The notes under the pieces: model-generated
The model's database searches: none
The model's input: only the letters and a program-made list of their open reading frames with translations
What the model was told of the DNA's origin: nothing
Assembly: GCA_049674205.1 (NCBI GenBank)
Contig: JBATYS010000293.1
Coordinates: forward strand, 1 to 38,691
Length of the DNA stretch: 38,691 bases
Direction of reading: 5' to 3'
Source: Candidatus Aminicenantaceae bacterium
Lineage (GTDB): Bacteria > Acidobacteriota > Aminicenantia > Aminicenantales > Aminicenantaceae
Position numbers and translations under genes: made by a program
Shown: piece by piece, positions 17,876-26,573 of the stretch
Position numbering within the stretch: the first letter of the stretch is position 1
How the letters are laid out: the number at the start of each line of letters is the position of its first letter

Positions 17876-19108
17876 ATGAATAAAATGGATTGGGACCTCG
17901 ATAAGGATTTGAAGGCCATTAGGAAAGAGTTTCCGATACTGGCAAAGTGCGTGTACTTGATCAGCAACTCTCTGGGGGCAGTTCCCCGAAAAGTCCGTGA
18001 TGATATTTTGGCTTACTATGGCCTTTGGTCAAACCAAGGTGTCAGCGCTTGGAGCCAAGAATGGTGGGATCTGGCAAGAAGTTTGGGGAATCAAGTTGCG
18101 TCTCTTCTTCATGCGGAAAAGAACTCCGTAGCTATGATGACGAATGCCACTCATGCCCATTGGATCGCCCTCTCTACAAGATTTTTGGTTAAAGATCGAA
18201 GCCGAACAAAGATCATCATGACAGACCATGATTTCCCTTCGAGTCTTTATGCTGTGCAAAAGATCAGTGAATTCATGGATTGGGAAGTCCAGGTTATCCA
18301 AAGTAATGGTAAGCCCGGTATTGATGTTGAAAATATCCTTGATCACATCGATGATCAAACACTCTTCGTTGCCACATCGCATGTGTATTTCAAGACAGCT
18401 TATGTGCAAGATGTATCAAAGATCGCAGATCATGCTCGCCGAGTGGGTGCATGGACAGTTATCGATGGTTATCATGCTCCAGGTTGCATTCCCGTTAACC
18501 TCTCAGAGCTTGGTGTTGATTTTTACATCGGAGGTTGTCTTAAATGGCTCTGTGGTGGGCCGGGGAATGCGTTCCTCTATGTCAAGCCAGAATTGGCATC
18601 GCGCATTCAACCTCAACTTACAGGATGGTTGGCCCACAAATCTCCATTTTCATTCTCACAAGACATGGATTACACCCAGGGTTCATACAGATTTATGTCC
18701 GGAACACCTCCCATCGCTTCTCTGTATACTGCTCGTGCGGGATTAGAAATTATAAACAGTATCGGTATTCCTCAGATTCGACAAAAGTCCATCACTCAGA
18801 CTAGACTGGTCATTGAGAACTCCAAAAAAAGGAACTTCGGCGTTTTTTCTCCTGAAGAAGACACTCATCGAGGCGGCGCGGTTTCTATTCATCTCCCTCA
18901 CGCATACCAGGTCAAACAGGCACTCGAGAAGCGACAGTTCAAAGTGGATTACAGGAAGGGGAAGAACATTGAGACGGATGTCATTCGAATAGGTCCGCAT
19001 TTCTACACGCAGGATGAAGAGATCCTTTCTCTTTTTAACACGATCGACACCATCTATGCTACACAGGAATACAGGTCGTTCCCTGAAGAAATAAAGCATG
19101 TCACATAG
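17876..19108 (+). CDS. Kynureninase-family PLP hydrolase
   Basis: Collinear with bacterial KynU as I remember it: YLISNSLGAVP, DHDFPSSLY, HVYFKTAY, IGGCLKWLCGGPGNAFLYV, LTGWLAH, MSGTPPIASL. Confidence 0.7.
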   Translation: MNKMDWDLDKDLKAIRKEFPILAKCVYLISNSLGAVPRKVRDDILAYYGLWSNQGVSAWSQEWWDLARSLGNQVASLLHAEKNSVAMMTNATHAHWIALSTRFLVKDRSRTKIIMTDHDFPSSLYAVQKISEFMDWEVQVIQSNGKPGIDVENILDHIDDQTLFVATSHVYFKTAYVQDVSKIADHARRVGAWTVIDGYHAPGCIPVNLSELGVDFYIGGCLKWLCGGPGNAFLYVKPELASRIQPQLTGWLAHKSPFSFSQDMDYTQGSYRFMSGTPPIASLYTARAGLEIINSIGIPQIRQKSITQTRLVIENSKKRNFGVFSPEEDTHRGGAVSIHLPHAYQVKQALEKRQFKVDYRKGKNIETDVIRIGPHFYTQDEEILSLFNTIDTIYATQEYRSFPEEIKHVT

Positions 19109-19420
19109 TCAAGCCTCAAGCTCAATCGGAAGCATCTCCAAAACTGTGATGAATGGAATTCCGAGTGTTCCAATTGGTGATCTCGAAAACACTCTCAGTT
19201 TCCCCAGCGAGGAAACTTCGCTCGATTCCGGGCTTCCCTCACTTCTCCCTTTAGGAGATGTACCATGCCCGTACAGCCCTCCATACGGTTTTCTCCACCG
19301 CACAATTGGAACACTCAATAATGCATTGTGACTACTGCCATTACGACAGGGAGATACTGCTCAACTGTACAATTCAATCCATTGCGTTATATTATGAACA
19401 TAGAGATCGTGCACATGCAT

Positions 19421-19687
19421 ATGACGCAAAAATATTCACGTCGTTTGTTTTTGCATAACGCACTCTTAATACTCGGATCTTCTCTGTGTTATGCCTCATC
19501 CCCTCCATTCCTATCTCAAAAAAAAAGCTTATCGGCCTCAGAAGAGACTGAGGATTTCCCCTCCTACTTGAAACTCTACAAATCAGGAGAACTTTCCAAG
19601 AGAGTAAATACCTTGAAATCTTTTTACGAGGATTGCCATTTATGTCCCAGAGATTGCCCGTCAGCTCAAAAAACAGGAATATATTGA
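19421..19687 (+). pseudogene. 5' remnant of a Tat-leader radical-SAM (PflX/AmrS-like) gene
   Basis: MTQKYSRRLFLHNALLILGSS (Tat-like leader), then LKLYKSGELSKRVNTLKSFYEDCHLCPRDC. The frame stops 10 codons after the CxxCPRxC motif. The roughly 250 aa expected downstream are absent, because the next gene starts at 19805. Confidence 0.4.
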
Positions 19688-19804
19688 AACCTTCTAATGG
19701 GCAAAAAAACTCGGACTCACAAGGTTTGATAGATAGTTCTATGAAAAAGTTGATTTCAAATCCGTTTTGCCTTAAATTACTCATGAGGGATCTTGTATTT
19801 TAGA

Positions 19805-22168
19805 ATGGAATGCGTTCTGAGAAAAAATAAACTATTTCTTGGCTTTATTTTCCTATTTCTCTATCTGAATCATGGATTGAGTTCCGAGGTTTACTATCCA
19901 TGGAAAGATGCCTATATCGGGGCGCTCGATGCAGAGAAATGGGCAGGTTTGGTTTTTATCCCTCAACACGATAGTGCTTTTGCCTTCCACTTGAGAGTGA
20001 AAAAAGGAGAGGAAACAGCGGAGGGGATTGATCTTTTTTATCTCATCTCGGAAGTAGGCCCTCATTCACCCGATGGTCAGTATGCTCGGATAAAAATTGA
20101 CTTGAGCCTCCCTTTTGGTCAGAAAAGCGAAACCCCGATCATGAAAAAACCCTCTTCTGGTTCTGACACTTTGGTTATTGAATGGTCTCGAAAGGATGAA
20201 AGAACGGCCGTCGGGAGGATCTTGATCCCTAAAAATATCACTGTCCAATTGATCCACTATTTTCCATGGGATTTTAAGGGAAGATACCAAGTCATATCCG
20301 ATGGTCAGGTCAGAGGGAACAGCCTTCCGAACAACGGTCAACACTATCTTTTTTGGTCAAGCCAGCGTGGGGATCTGACCTCTCCGTCTCAAGGTGAAGA
20401 ACTGACTGTTGCATTCCCAGAAAAACGGAGTATCTATTTTGTCGCTGGTGTGGGTGATGACTTCCGGATCCTATCTAATCATATCTACAGGTACAAGAAC
20501 GAACGGACGATCGATAAAATCCTTGACGAGGAAAAGACAAGGTATAATAAAAAAAGAGTTGTCGTTAATGGCCTTCACAAAGGCATAGCCAGATCGATAA
20601 CAAATAATCTCTTTTGGATGTCTCTTTACCAGCCCGGGAAACACCGGCTCTATACACCCGCTGGACGCAGATGGATTTTTCCTGCACCCGATGGATCTGC
20701 TGATCACTGGACCATTTTTGAATGGGACTCTTTTTTTAATGCTCTGGAAGTTAACGTAGAGAGCAGCAAGCATGCTGTAGATATCTTAAAGTCTGTCCTG
20801 GAGACACAGTACACGAACGGCAATATTCCCAATTGGAGAGGGCGCTTTGGAGGATCGAGTGACCGCTCACAACCACCTGTCGGCTCCTTTGTCGTCTTGA
20901 AGTATTTTCTTAAGACTGCAGACTTGGAGCTTCTACAATTTGCCTATCCGATTCTAGTGAAATGGCACGCATTCTGGAAAGAACCGAGATCCAACGGATT
21001 TCCCCGAAGAGACGGCAACAATGATGGACTACTGGAATGGGGATCAGATGAAGAGCTTCTAGCGCAAAGTGTGCCCAGTTGGGAGGAAAATGCACCCGGG
21101 AAAACCCGCGCTATGTGGGAATCCGGTCAGGATGATCTGCCGAACTGGGATGATACGATATTTGATGAGAGTTCGGGAACACTGTCGATGAACTGCGTTG
21201 ATCTTAATTCTCTCTATACTCTCGATTGCTGGTGTCTAGCCCAGATGGCACAGATCCTCGAAAAGATTGAGGACTACAAGACATACATGGAAGAGTATGA
21301 GACTATGAAGTCACTGTTCGAAGAAACCTTTTGGGATGAGAAGGAAGGATTCTATTTTGACCGGTACTGGGATGGACGATTTTCAAGAAGAAAGGCGGCT
21401 TCAAACTTTTATCCTCTTCTTGCCGGAATCCCCGATCAAAGCAAGGCTCTGAGGATGTTGAGACGTTTGCTGAATGAAAACGAATTCTGGGGAGACTATG
21501 TTCTGCCCACAATATCTCGAGATGATCCGGCTTTTAAGGATCAGCAGTACTGGAGAGGGACCATATGGCCTCCGACAAATTATTTGATATATCAAGGATT
21601 GAAGGCGTATGGTTTTGATGCTGTGGCCTCTGAATTCGCCAGCAAAAGCTCATCTCTTTTCCTCAGGAGTTGGAACAATTTTGGACTTTGTCCGGAGAAT
21701 TATGATTCAAGGACAGGTGAGGCAGGCGGGCAGAGATACCAGAGTTGGGGACCTCTCTTTGCTCTGATCGCAATGGAAGAATTTGTAGACGTCACTCCAT
21801 GGGAGGGATTCCGGTTTGGGATGATCAATCCGGAAAAGAAAGGGAGGCTTTCCCGCATAGCTGTTCAGGGAAGGCACTACGATGTGGAGGTGAACAAGTC
21901 TTCGATCAAGCTGTGGGAGGAAGGAAAAGAAATCATCAATTGTAATGGGAGCGCTGTGTTCAGGAATTTTCTATACTCGAAAAACGAAGTGTATTTTGAA
22001 ATAAAAACTCTGGAGCCCCGAGAGGTTAGAGTCCGCTTTCTCACAAAAGGAAAATACGAGCTCCTTCTGGATGACCGTGTTGAAAATCTGTTCGAAGGCA
22101 ATTCGACAAAAATCCGTATTCCTGAGGGAGAACACTCTGTGCTTATTCTTCTGATCTCTGAGAAGTAG
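19805..22168 (+). CDS. Secreted (alpha/alpha)6-barrel glycoside hydrolase, GH63/GH37-like (MGH1-like)
   Basis: ATG 19805 gives the signal peptide MECVLRKNKLFLGFIFLFLYLNHGLSS. Motifs FEWDSFFNALE, PPVGSFVV, ESGQDDLPNWDD, NFYPLLAG, YWRGTIWPPTNYLIYQGLKAYG, ENYDSRTGE...YQSWGPLFAL. Confidence 0.65.
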   Translation: MECVLRKNKLFLGFIFLFLYLNHGLSSEVYYPWKDAYIGALDAEKWAGLVFIPQHDSAFAFHLRVKKGEETAEGIDLFYLISEVGPHSPDGQYARIKIDLSLPFGQKSETPIMKKPSSGSDTLVIEWSRKDERTAVGRILIPKNITVQLIHYFPWDFKGRYQVISDGQVRGNSLPNNGQHYLFWSSQRGDLTSPSQGEELTVAFPEKRSIYFVAGVGDDFRILSNHIYRYKNERTIDKILDEEKTRYNKKRVVVNGLHKGIARSITNNLFWMSLYQPGKHRLYTPAGRRWIFPAPDGSADHWTIFEWDSFFNALEVNVESSKHAVDILKSVLETQYTNGNIPNWRGRFGGSSDRSQPPVGSFVVLKYFLKTADLELLQFAYPILVKWHAFWKEPRSNGFPRRDGNNDGLLEWGSDEELLAQSVPSWEENAPGKTRAMWESGQDDLPNWDDTIFDESSGTLSMNCVDLNSLYTLDCWCLAQMAQILEKIEDYKTYMEEYETMKSLFEETFWDEKEGFYFDRYWDGRFSRRKAASNFYPLLAGIPDQSKALRMLRRLLNENEFWGDYVLPTISRDDPAFKDQQYWRGTIWPPTNYLIYQGLKAYGFDAVASEFASKSSSLFLRSWNNFGLCPENYDSRTGEAGGQRYQSWGPLFALIAMEEFVDVTPWEGFRFGMINPEKKGRLSRIAVQGRHYDVEVNKSSIKLWEEGKEIINCNGSAVFRNFLYSKNEVYFEIKTLEPREVRVRFLTKGKYELLLDDRVENLFEGNSTKIRIPEGEHSVLILLISEK

Positions 22169-22202
22169 ATTAATCCAGGTTAAATATAGAGAGTATGAGG
22201 TC

Positions 22203-23411
22203 ATGAAAATCCTTGTCATCCAGAACACCCCTGCAATAAAAAATCTGCTTTTAGAAACTCTCGGTCAAAAAGAGAATGAGCTGACATTTGCCACAGATAG
22301 TAACGATGCATTGCGTTTAATTAAAAAAAGAAAGGATATTCGGATCGTTATTGCTGAGTTAAACATGCCCGGAATGAATGGAATAGAATTGTGCAAACAA
22401 ATCAGGAGTGCCGAGTTTCCTTACTACATTTACATCATACTGATGACCTCAAAGAATCACAAATCTGAAGTGATCAAAGGGATTAAAGAGGGCGCGGATG
22501 ATATTCTCACAAAACCGATCGATCCGGATGAACTTCAGATCCGGGTCCTGGCAGGAGAGCGCATCGTCCATCTTGAAGAGGATCTTATCGAAAAGAACAA
22601 AAGGCTTCACATGGCCAATGAAATCTTGAGAGGAAATCTCGTTTCGGGTCAAGAGGCCCAAAAAAGCCTCCTTCCTTCAGGTTTTCCCGATGTTTCTAAT
22701 ATGAAGTTTGCGGCCAGTTTCATACCCAGTGCATTCGGATCGGGGGACATCTATAATATTTTTCGGCTGGATGAGAAAAACATCGGACTCTACAACATCG
22801 ATGTTTCCGGCCATGGCGTGTCGGCAGCACTTTTCAGTGTGTGTCTCAATCAGCGCCTGAGTCAAGGCCCTCAATCTTTTGGCCTAGTTAAGGCTCCTCT
22901 CACTGCCCCTCCTTTTTATCACATAAACTCTCCCGTCAAAGTTGTGACCTCGCTGGATGAGGAAGATATGTTGGGAAAATATGGCCGGTATTTTACTATG
23001 GTCTATGCCATTGTAAATGTCGAGACAGGAGGAATTTCTTTTTACAGAGCAGGCCACAATTATCCCCTGCTGATCCATAACAAAAAAAACTCCTGTTATA
23101 TCGAAGGAGGAGGACCTCCTATCGGCCTGGGCATATCGCTCAGCAAAAAACGGGAGCAAGACATAAAACTTGAAGCAGGAGATCAACTTATATTTTTTTC
23201 GGATGGAATCAATGATGCGTTCTCGCCCAGGAGCAGGAAGAGATATGGATTGGAAAGAGCTAGAAAGATTCTCACTAAACACTATCCAGAATCACTGGAG
23301 AGGTCATTTGACCGTCTCATTTCTGATGTCCAGAAATTTATAGGACAGGACGGTTTTTCTGATGACATCTCCATCATCGGATTCAAATGGCTGGGAAGCA
23401 GGGTGAACTGA
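22203..23411 (+). CDS. Receiver-domain (degenerate) + PP2C/SpoIIE-type serine phosphatase (RsbU/HsbR-like)
   Basis: The N-terminal CheY-like fold keeps T (LMTSKN) and K (LTKPID) but lacks the acidic pocket (see findings). The PP2C domain has DVSGHGVSAA and FFSDGINDA. Confidence 0.8.
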   Translation: MKILVIQNTPAIKNLLLETLGQKENELTFATDSNDALRLIKKRKDIRIVIAELNMPGMNGIELCKQIRSAEFPYYIYIILMTSKNHKSEVIKGIKEGADDILTKPIDPDELQIRVLAGERIVHLEEDLIEKNKRLHMANEILRGNLVSGQEAQKSLLPSGFPDVSNMKFAASFIPSAFGSGDIYNIFRLDEKNIGLYNIDVSGHGVSAALFSVCLNQRLSQGPQSFGLVKAPLTAPPFYHINSPVKVVTSLDEEDMLGKYGRYFTMVYAIVNVETGGISFYRAGHNYPLLIHNKKNSCYIEGGGPPIGLGISLSKKREQDIKLEAGDQLIFFSDGINDAFSPRSRKRYGLERARKILTKHYPESLERSFDRLISDVQKFIGQDGFSDDISIIGFKWLGSRVN

Positions 23412-23836
23412 TGGAAGAAATTCGTCTAACCTTCCCTAGAAAAGTCTCCTATTTGTATTTTGCTACAAGCATATCCAAGCAGATCTGCCAGCAGATCCAA
23501 GAATGCCGTGAAGACAAAAAATTTGCCGCTGATGTAGAACTCTGTGTGAGCGAAGCATGCACAAACGCCATCAAATATGGTCGGAGCAGTGAGAGAGAGG
23601 ATGTGATTTCCCTGTATTTTCAGATCCATGCGGACAAACTCATCATTAAAGTGCAGGATAAGGGGAGTGGATTCAACCTGAATAGCCTTCCTGATCCGGA
23701 CATAGAAAGCCTTCCTGATAGGGGATACGGTCTTTACATTATCCGGAGCAAAATGGATGATGTGCAGTATTCCCAGACAGAAAAAGGGAATTTTTTAACT
23801 ATGATAAAATCCTTCAAAGGAGAACATAACACATGA
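23411..23836 (+). CDS. RsbW/SpoIIAB-like serine kinase (anti-sigma-factor-type HATPase)
   Basis: ATG 23411 overlaps the upstream TGA (TGATG). N-box EACTNAIKYG, G1 box VQDKGSGF, G2 box GYGLYI. 141 aa. Confidence 0.7.
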   Translation: MEEIRLTFPRKVSYLYFATSISKQICQQIQECREDKKFAADVELCVSEACTNAIKYGRSSEREDVISLYFQIHADKLIIKVQDKGSGFNLNSLPDPDIESLPDRGYGLYIIRSKMDDVQYSQTEKGNFLTMIKSFKGEHNT

Positions 23837-23849
23837 ATGGAGGAACGGG

Positions 23850-24191
23850 ATGAAGTTGAACGTTACCAGGAAAGATGGAATCCTAATCATTACACCCAAA
23901 GTCAAAAGGATCGATGCGAGCGTGGCTGCGGATTTTAAATCAAAATTGATAGATTTTTTAGATAACGGAGACAAAGTTATTGTGATCAATCTATCAGAGG
24001 TTGATTTTATCGACAGCTCTGGCTTGGGTGCAATGGTATTGATACTGAGAAAGATCGGTACAGACGGCAGGATCAAACTCTGTAAATTAAATGAAGGCGT
24101 GAGATCCATTTTTGAGCTGACCCGCTTGGATGAAGTCTTTGAAATACATAAATCTGAAGAGGGTGCCCTGGAAAGCCTCAAAACGGGCTAA
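23850..24191 (+). CDS. STAS-domain anti-sigma-factor antagonist (RsbV/SpoIIAA-like)
   Basis: 113 aa, with the conserved phosphorylatable-serine motif VDFIDSSGLGAMV. Confidence 0.8.
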   Translation: MKLNVTRKDGILIITPKVKRIDASVAADFKSKLIDFLDNGDKVIVINLSEVDFIDSSGLGAMVLILRKIGTDGRIKLCKLNEGVRSIFELTRLDEVFEIHKSEEGALESLKTG

Positions 24192-24208
24192 ATTTTTGGA
24201 GGTAGTGC

Positions 24209-25471
24209 GTGATTCAAATAGTAGAAAATCCTGAACGGATCAAAAGAGCAGAGATTGTGGTGGGGATCCCATCATTCCAAGAGGCGGATTCCATCGGACA
24301 TGTTGTCTCAAGGGTCGATCAAGGACTGATGCGATTTTTTGAGAAAAAGAACTCTGTTATCATCAATGTGGACAATTTTTCACCCGACGGAACAAAGGAT
24401 GCCTTTCTTAACACAGAGTCCAAGACGCCTAAACTCTACTGTTCTACGGCAAAAGGAGTGCGGGGGAAAGGCCGGAACATTAAGAATCTTTTCCAAGCGG
24501 GAGTAGAACTCGGTGCTAAAGCGATCTTGATGGTAGACGCAGATCTAAAAAGTATAACACCCGAGTGGGTTCAGTATTTTACTGAGCCTATCTACATGGG
24601 ATATGACTATGTGATCCCCATTTATGTGCGCCATAAGTATGATGGAACGATCACGAATAACATTACTTATCCATTGACCCGTGTCCTCTATGGACTGAGA
24701 ACCAGGCAACCTATAGCTGGAGATTTTTGTTTTTCCGGAAGGCTAGCAAGAGCATTTTTAACTGAGAAGACGTGGAATCGAAACGTATCCGAATTCGGTA
24801 TAGATATCTGGATGACGACAATTGCGATCGCAAGAGGATTTAATGTGTGTCAGACATTCCTTGGGGCTCCAAAATCCCATCGGACGAAAGATCCCAGCGG
24901 ACACCTCGGTCCTATGTTCTATCAAGTAGTCGGAACTCTTTTCGATTTGGCAGTTGATTTTGAATACTTGTGGAAGGATACCTCAGCCAGCCGTCCGACC
25001 AGTATTTTCGGGTTTGGCCTTGGAGTCAAAGAAGACCCGCCGATCGTCGATGTCAATGAAAAAAATCTTCTTATGCAATTCAAAAAAGGCAGTCGGCGAT
25101 ATGGGAAAATATGGAACAAAGTTATTGCTGAGATAAACCTGGAGGACCTGCTGAAAAATATAAATAGAGAGGTCAAGGATGTAATTCTTCCAGCTGATCT
25201 TTGGGCGAGGATCCTGTTTGATTATATCGTTGCTTATCGAGATGAATCGGATTTACGGAATCAGCTCCTTCTGTCTTTGATCCCGATCTATTTCTTGCGC
25301 ACTCTTGGCTTTATTAACGGAACTCGGGAATTAGACACAAAAGAGGCCGAAGACTATCTGGATATTGAATGCCGGAAAATGGAAGAAGAAAAATATTATC
25401 TTATAGCCAAGTGGAATCAGACTCCCCGAAAAGACGGGATTCCTTCGATCGCCCAATATCTCGCCGACTAA
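24209..25471 (+). CDS. GT-A glycosyltransferase resembling mannosylglycerate / glucosylglycerate synthase (GT78-like)
   Basis: GTG start with GGAGG 6 nt upstream. The motif series GKGRN, VDADLKSITPEW, MGYDYV, QPIAGDF, EFGIDIW and KSHR parallels the Rhodothermus mannosylglycerate synthase series (GKGDG, YDADITSFGPDW, FGYGLV, QPLGGEL, DWGIDT, KAHR) as I remember it. Confidence 0.55.
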   Translation: MIQIVENPERIKRAEIVVGIPSFQEADSIGHVVSRVDQGLMRFFEKKNSVIINVDNFSPDGTKDAFLNTESKTPKLYCSTAKGVRGKGRNIKNLFQAGVELGAKAILMVDADLKSITPEWVQYFTEPIYMGYDYVIPIYVRHKYDGTITNNITYPLTRVLYGLRTRQPIAGDFCFSGRLARAFLTEKTWNRNVSEFGIDIWMTTIAIARGFNVCQTFLGAPKSHRTKDPSGHLGPMFYQVVGTLFDLAVDFEYLWKDTSASRPTSIFGFGLGVKEDPPIVDVNEKNLLMQFKKGSRRYGKIWNKVIAEINLEDLLKNINREVKDVILPADLWARILFDYIVAYRDESDLRNQLLLSLIPIYFLRTLGFINGTRELDTKEAEDYLDIECRKMEEEKYYLIAKWNQTPRKDGIPSIAQYLAD

Positions 25472-25486
25472 ACAAAACCTATTTGT

Positions 25487-26296
25487 CTATATGTTCCAGT
25501 TTTTATTAGCTAGATAGGCTCGTTTGAGCGTGTCTCCTCGAACACCCTGTCTAAGGGCTTCTAGGGCTAGTATCTCATCTGGAGGGATATTTCCGAGGTT
25601 AACATTGGTGCCACAGCGGATAATCAGCGCCTGCTGCTGGTTTTTAATGGGAGCTTCCCACATAATTGTGTCTATATCTTTTACGCCTGAAATGATCCCC
25701 TCGACTTCGTCTTGCTTGATCTTTCCATCTGCATCAAAAATGCCCACTCCTTTTCCTGCTTCTCTCGCTTCAATGATGACTTTCACGGCACCGTTTGACA
25801 GGTCTTCCTCGATGAGTCGATGAACTTGGGAGAGCGGAATAGCTTCTTTGGGATCTTTTTTTCCCACCTCCGTGATTATTTTAAAACCCCGATCGCGAGC
25901 CGTTGAAATGGCGTTCTTTCTGGTATTGAGATCCATGTCGATCGTCCCATCCGATATCTCGATAGCTGAGAATCCGAGCTCTTTTGCTCGGTCGAGGTAT
26001 TCATCAAGTTTCTTTTGCCATATGGCGATCTCGAGGAAAGTTCCTCCTGGCATCACATCGATATCGGCGGAGGTGATGATTGTGTTTTTTCCCTTGAGAA
26101 ATTCTTTATCATAAAAAGCTGAAGTCCCGAATGTCAGTTTGACGATGTCGATGTATTCCGATGCGGATTGGATCAAATCCTCAATACGATGAATCCCCAT
26201 GCCTTTATCGATGACCATGGTCAATCCTGTTGACCTGGGCTTGGTTGACCTATCAGATATTGGCATTTCGATAGTTTCTTCCCATGCTTTGTTCAT
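25487..26296 (-). CDS. comA: (2R)-phospho-3-sulfolactate synthase
   Basis: KPRSTGLTMVIDKG, YIDIVKLTFGTS, GGTFLEIA, LGFSAIEISDGT and EVGKKDP match the ComA family pattern. GAGGAG SD. Confidence 0.75.
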   Translation of the reverse strand: MNKAWEETIEMPISDRSTKPRSTGLTMVIDKGMGIHRIEDLIQSASEYIDIVKLTFGTSAFYDKEFLKGKNTIITSADIDVMPGGTFLEIAIWQKKLDEYLDRAKELGFSAIEISDGTIDMDLNTRKNAISTARDRGFKIITEVGKKDPKEAIPLSQVHRLIEEDLSNGAVKVIIEAREAGKGVGIFDADGKIKQDEVEGIISGVKDIDTIMWEAPIKNQQQALIIRCGTNVNLGNIPPDEILALEALRQGVRGDTLKRAYLANKNWNI

Positions 26297-26322
26297 ATCT
26301 ATCTCCTCATTTATAGTTATTA

Positions 26323-26573
26323 CCTGAATTATTCACGAGCTGATATCGCTGCAAAGGCGAGGCAGTGGCCCATGAAGATGTAGTATACTACTTCGAATGG
26401 GCTACAATGAAAGCTATGTAGTGAGATCAGTTCGCCCGCAGGGTAAAAAATGTCGATTATAGTAATGAGGGCAGCGGCAACGGAATTGTCAGATTGGTTC
26501 ACAAGAAAAAAGCGAAGTGTTGAGATCGTTTTCGTTGAAATAAGTATCAACATTTTTTTATGAATAATTCAGG
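26323..26573 (+). mobile_element. MITE-like element, copy D (subfamily 2, 251 bp)
   Basis: Perfect 13-bp TIRs cctgaattattca / tgaataattcagg. TTA on both flanks (26320-26322, 26574-26576). Core ggcagtggcccatgaag...gggctacaatgaaag...gcccgcagggtaaaaaat. Confidence 0.8.

Noticed and set aside
19321-19458. Small Cys-rich ORF (MHCDYCHYDREILLNC...) upstream of the radical-SAM remnant, considered as a RiPP precursor
   Set aside because: There is no SD, and it overlaps the Tat-leader start of the radical-SAM fragment in another frame. The putative maturase is itself truncated, and there is no evidence of conservation. I treat it as a chance ORF in decaying DNA.
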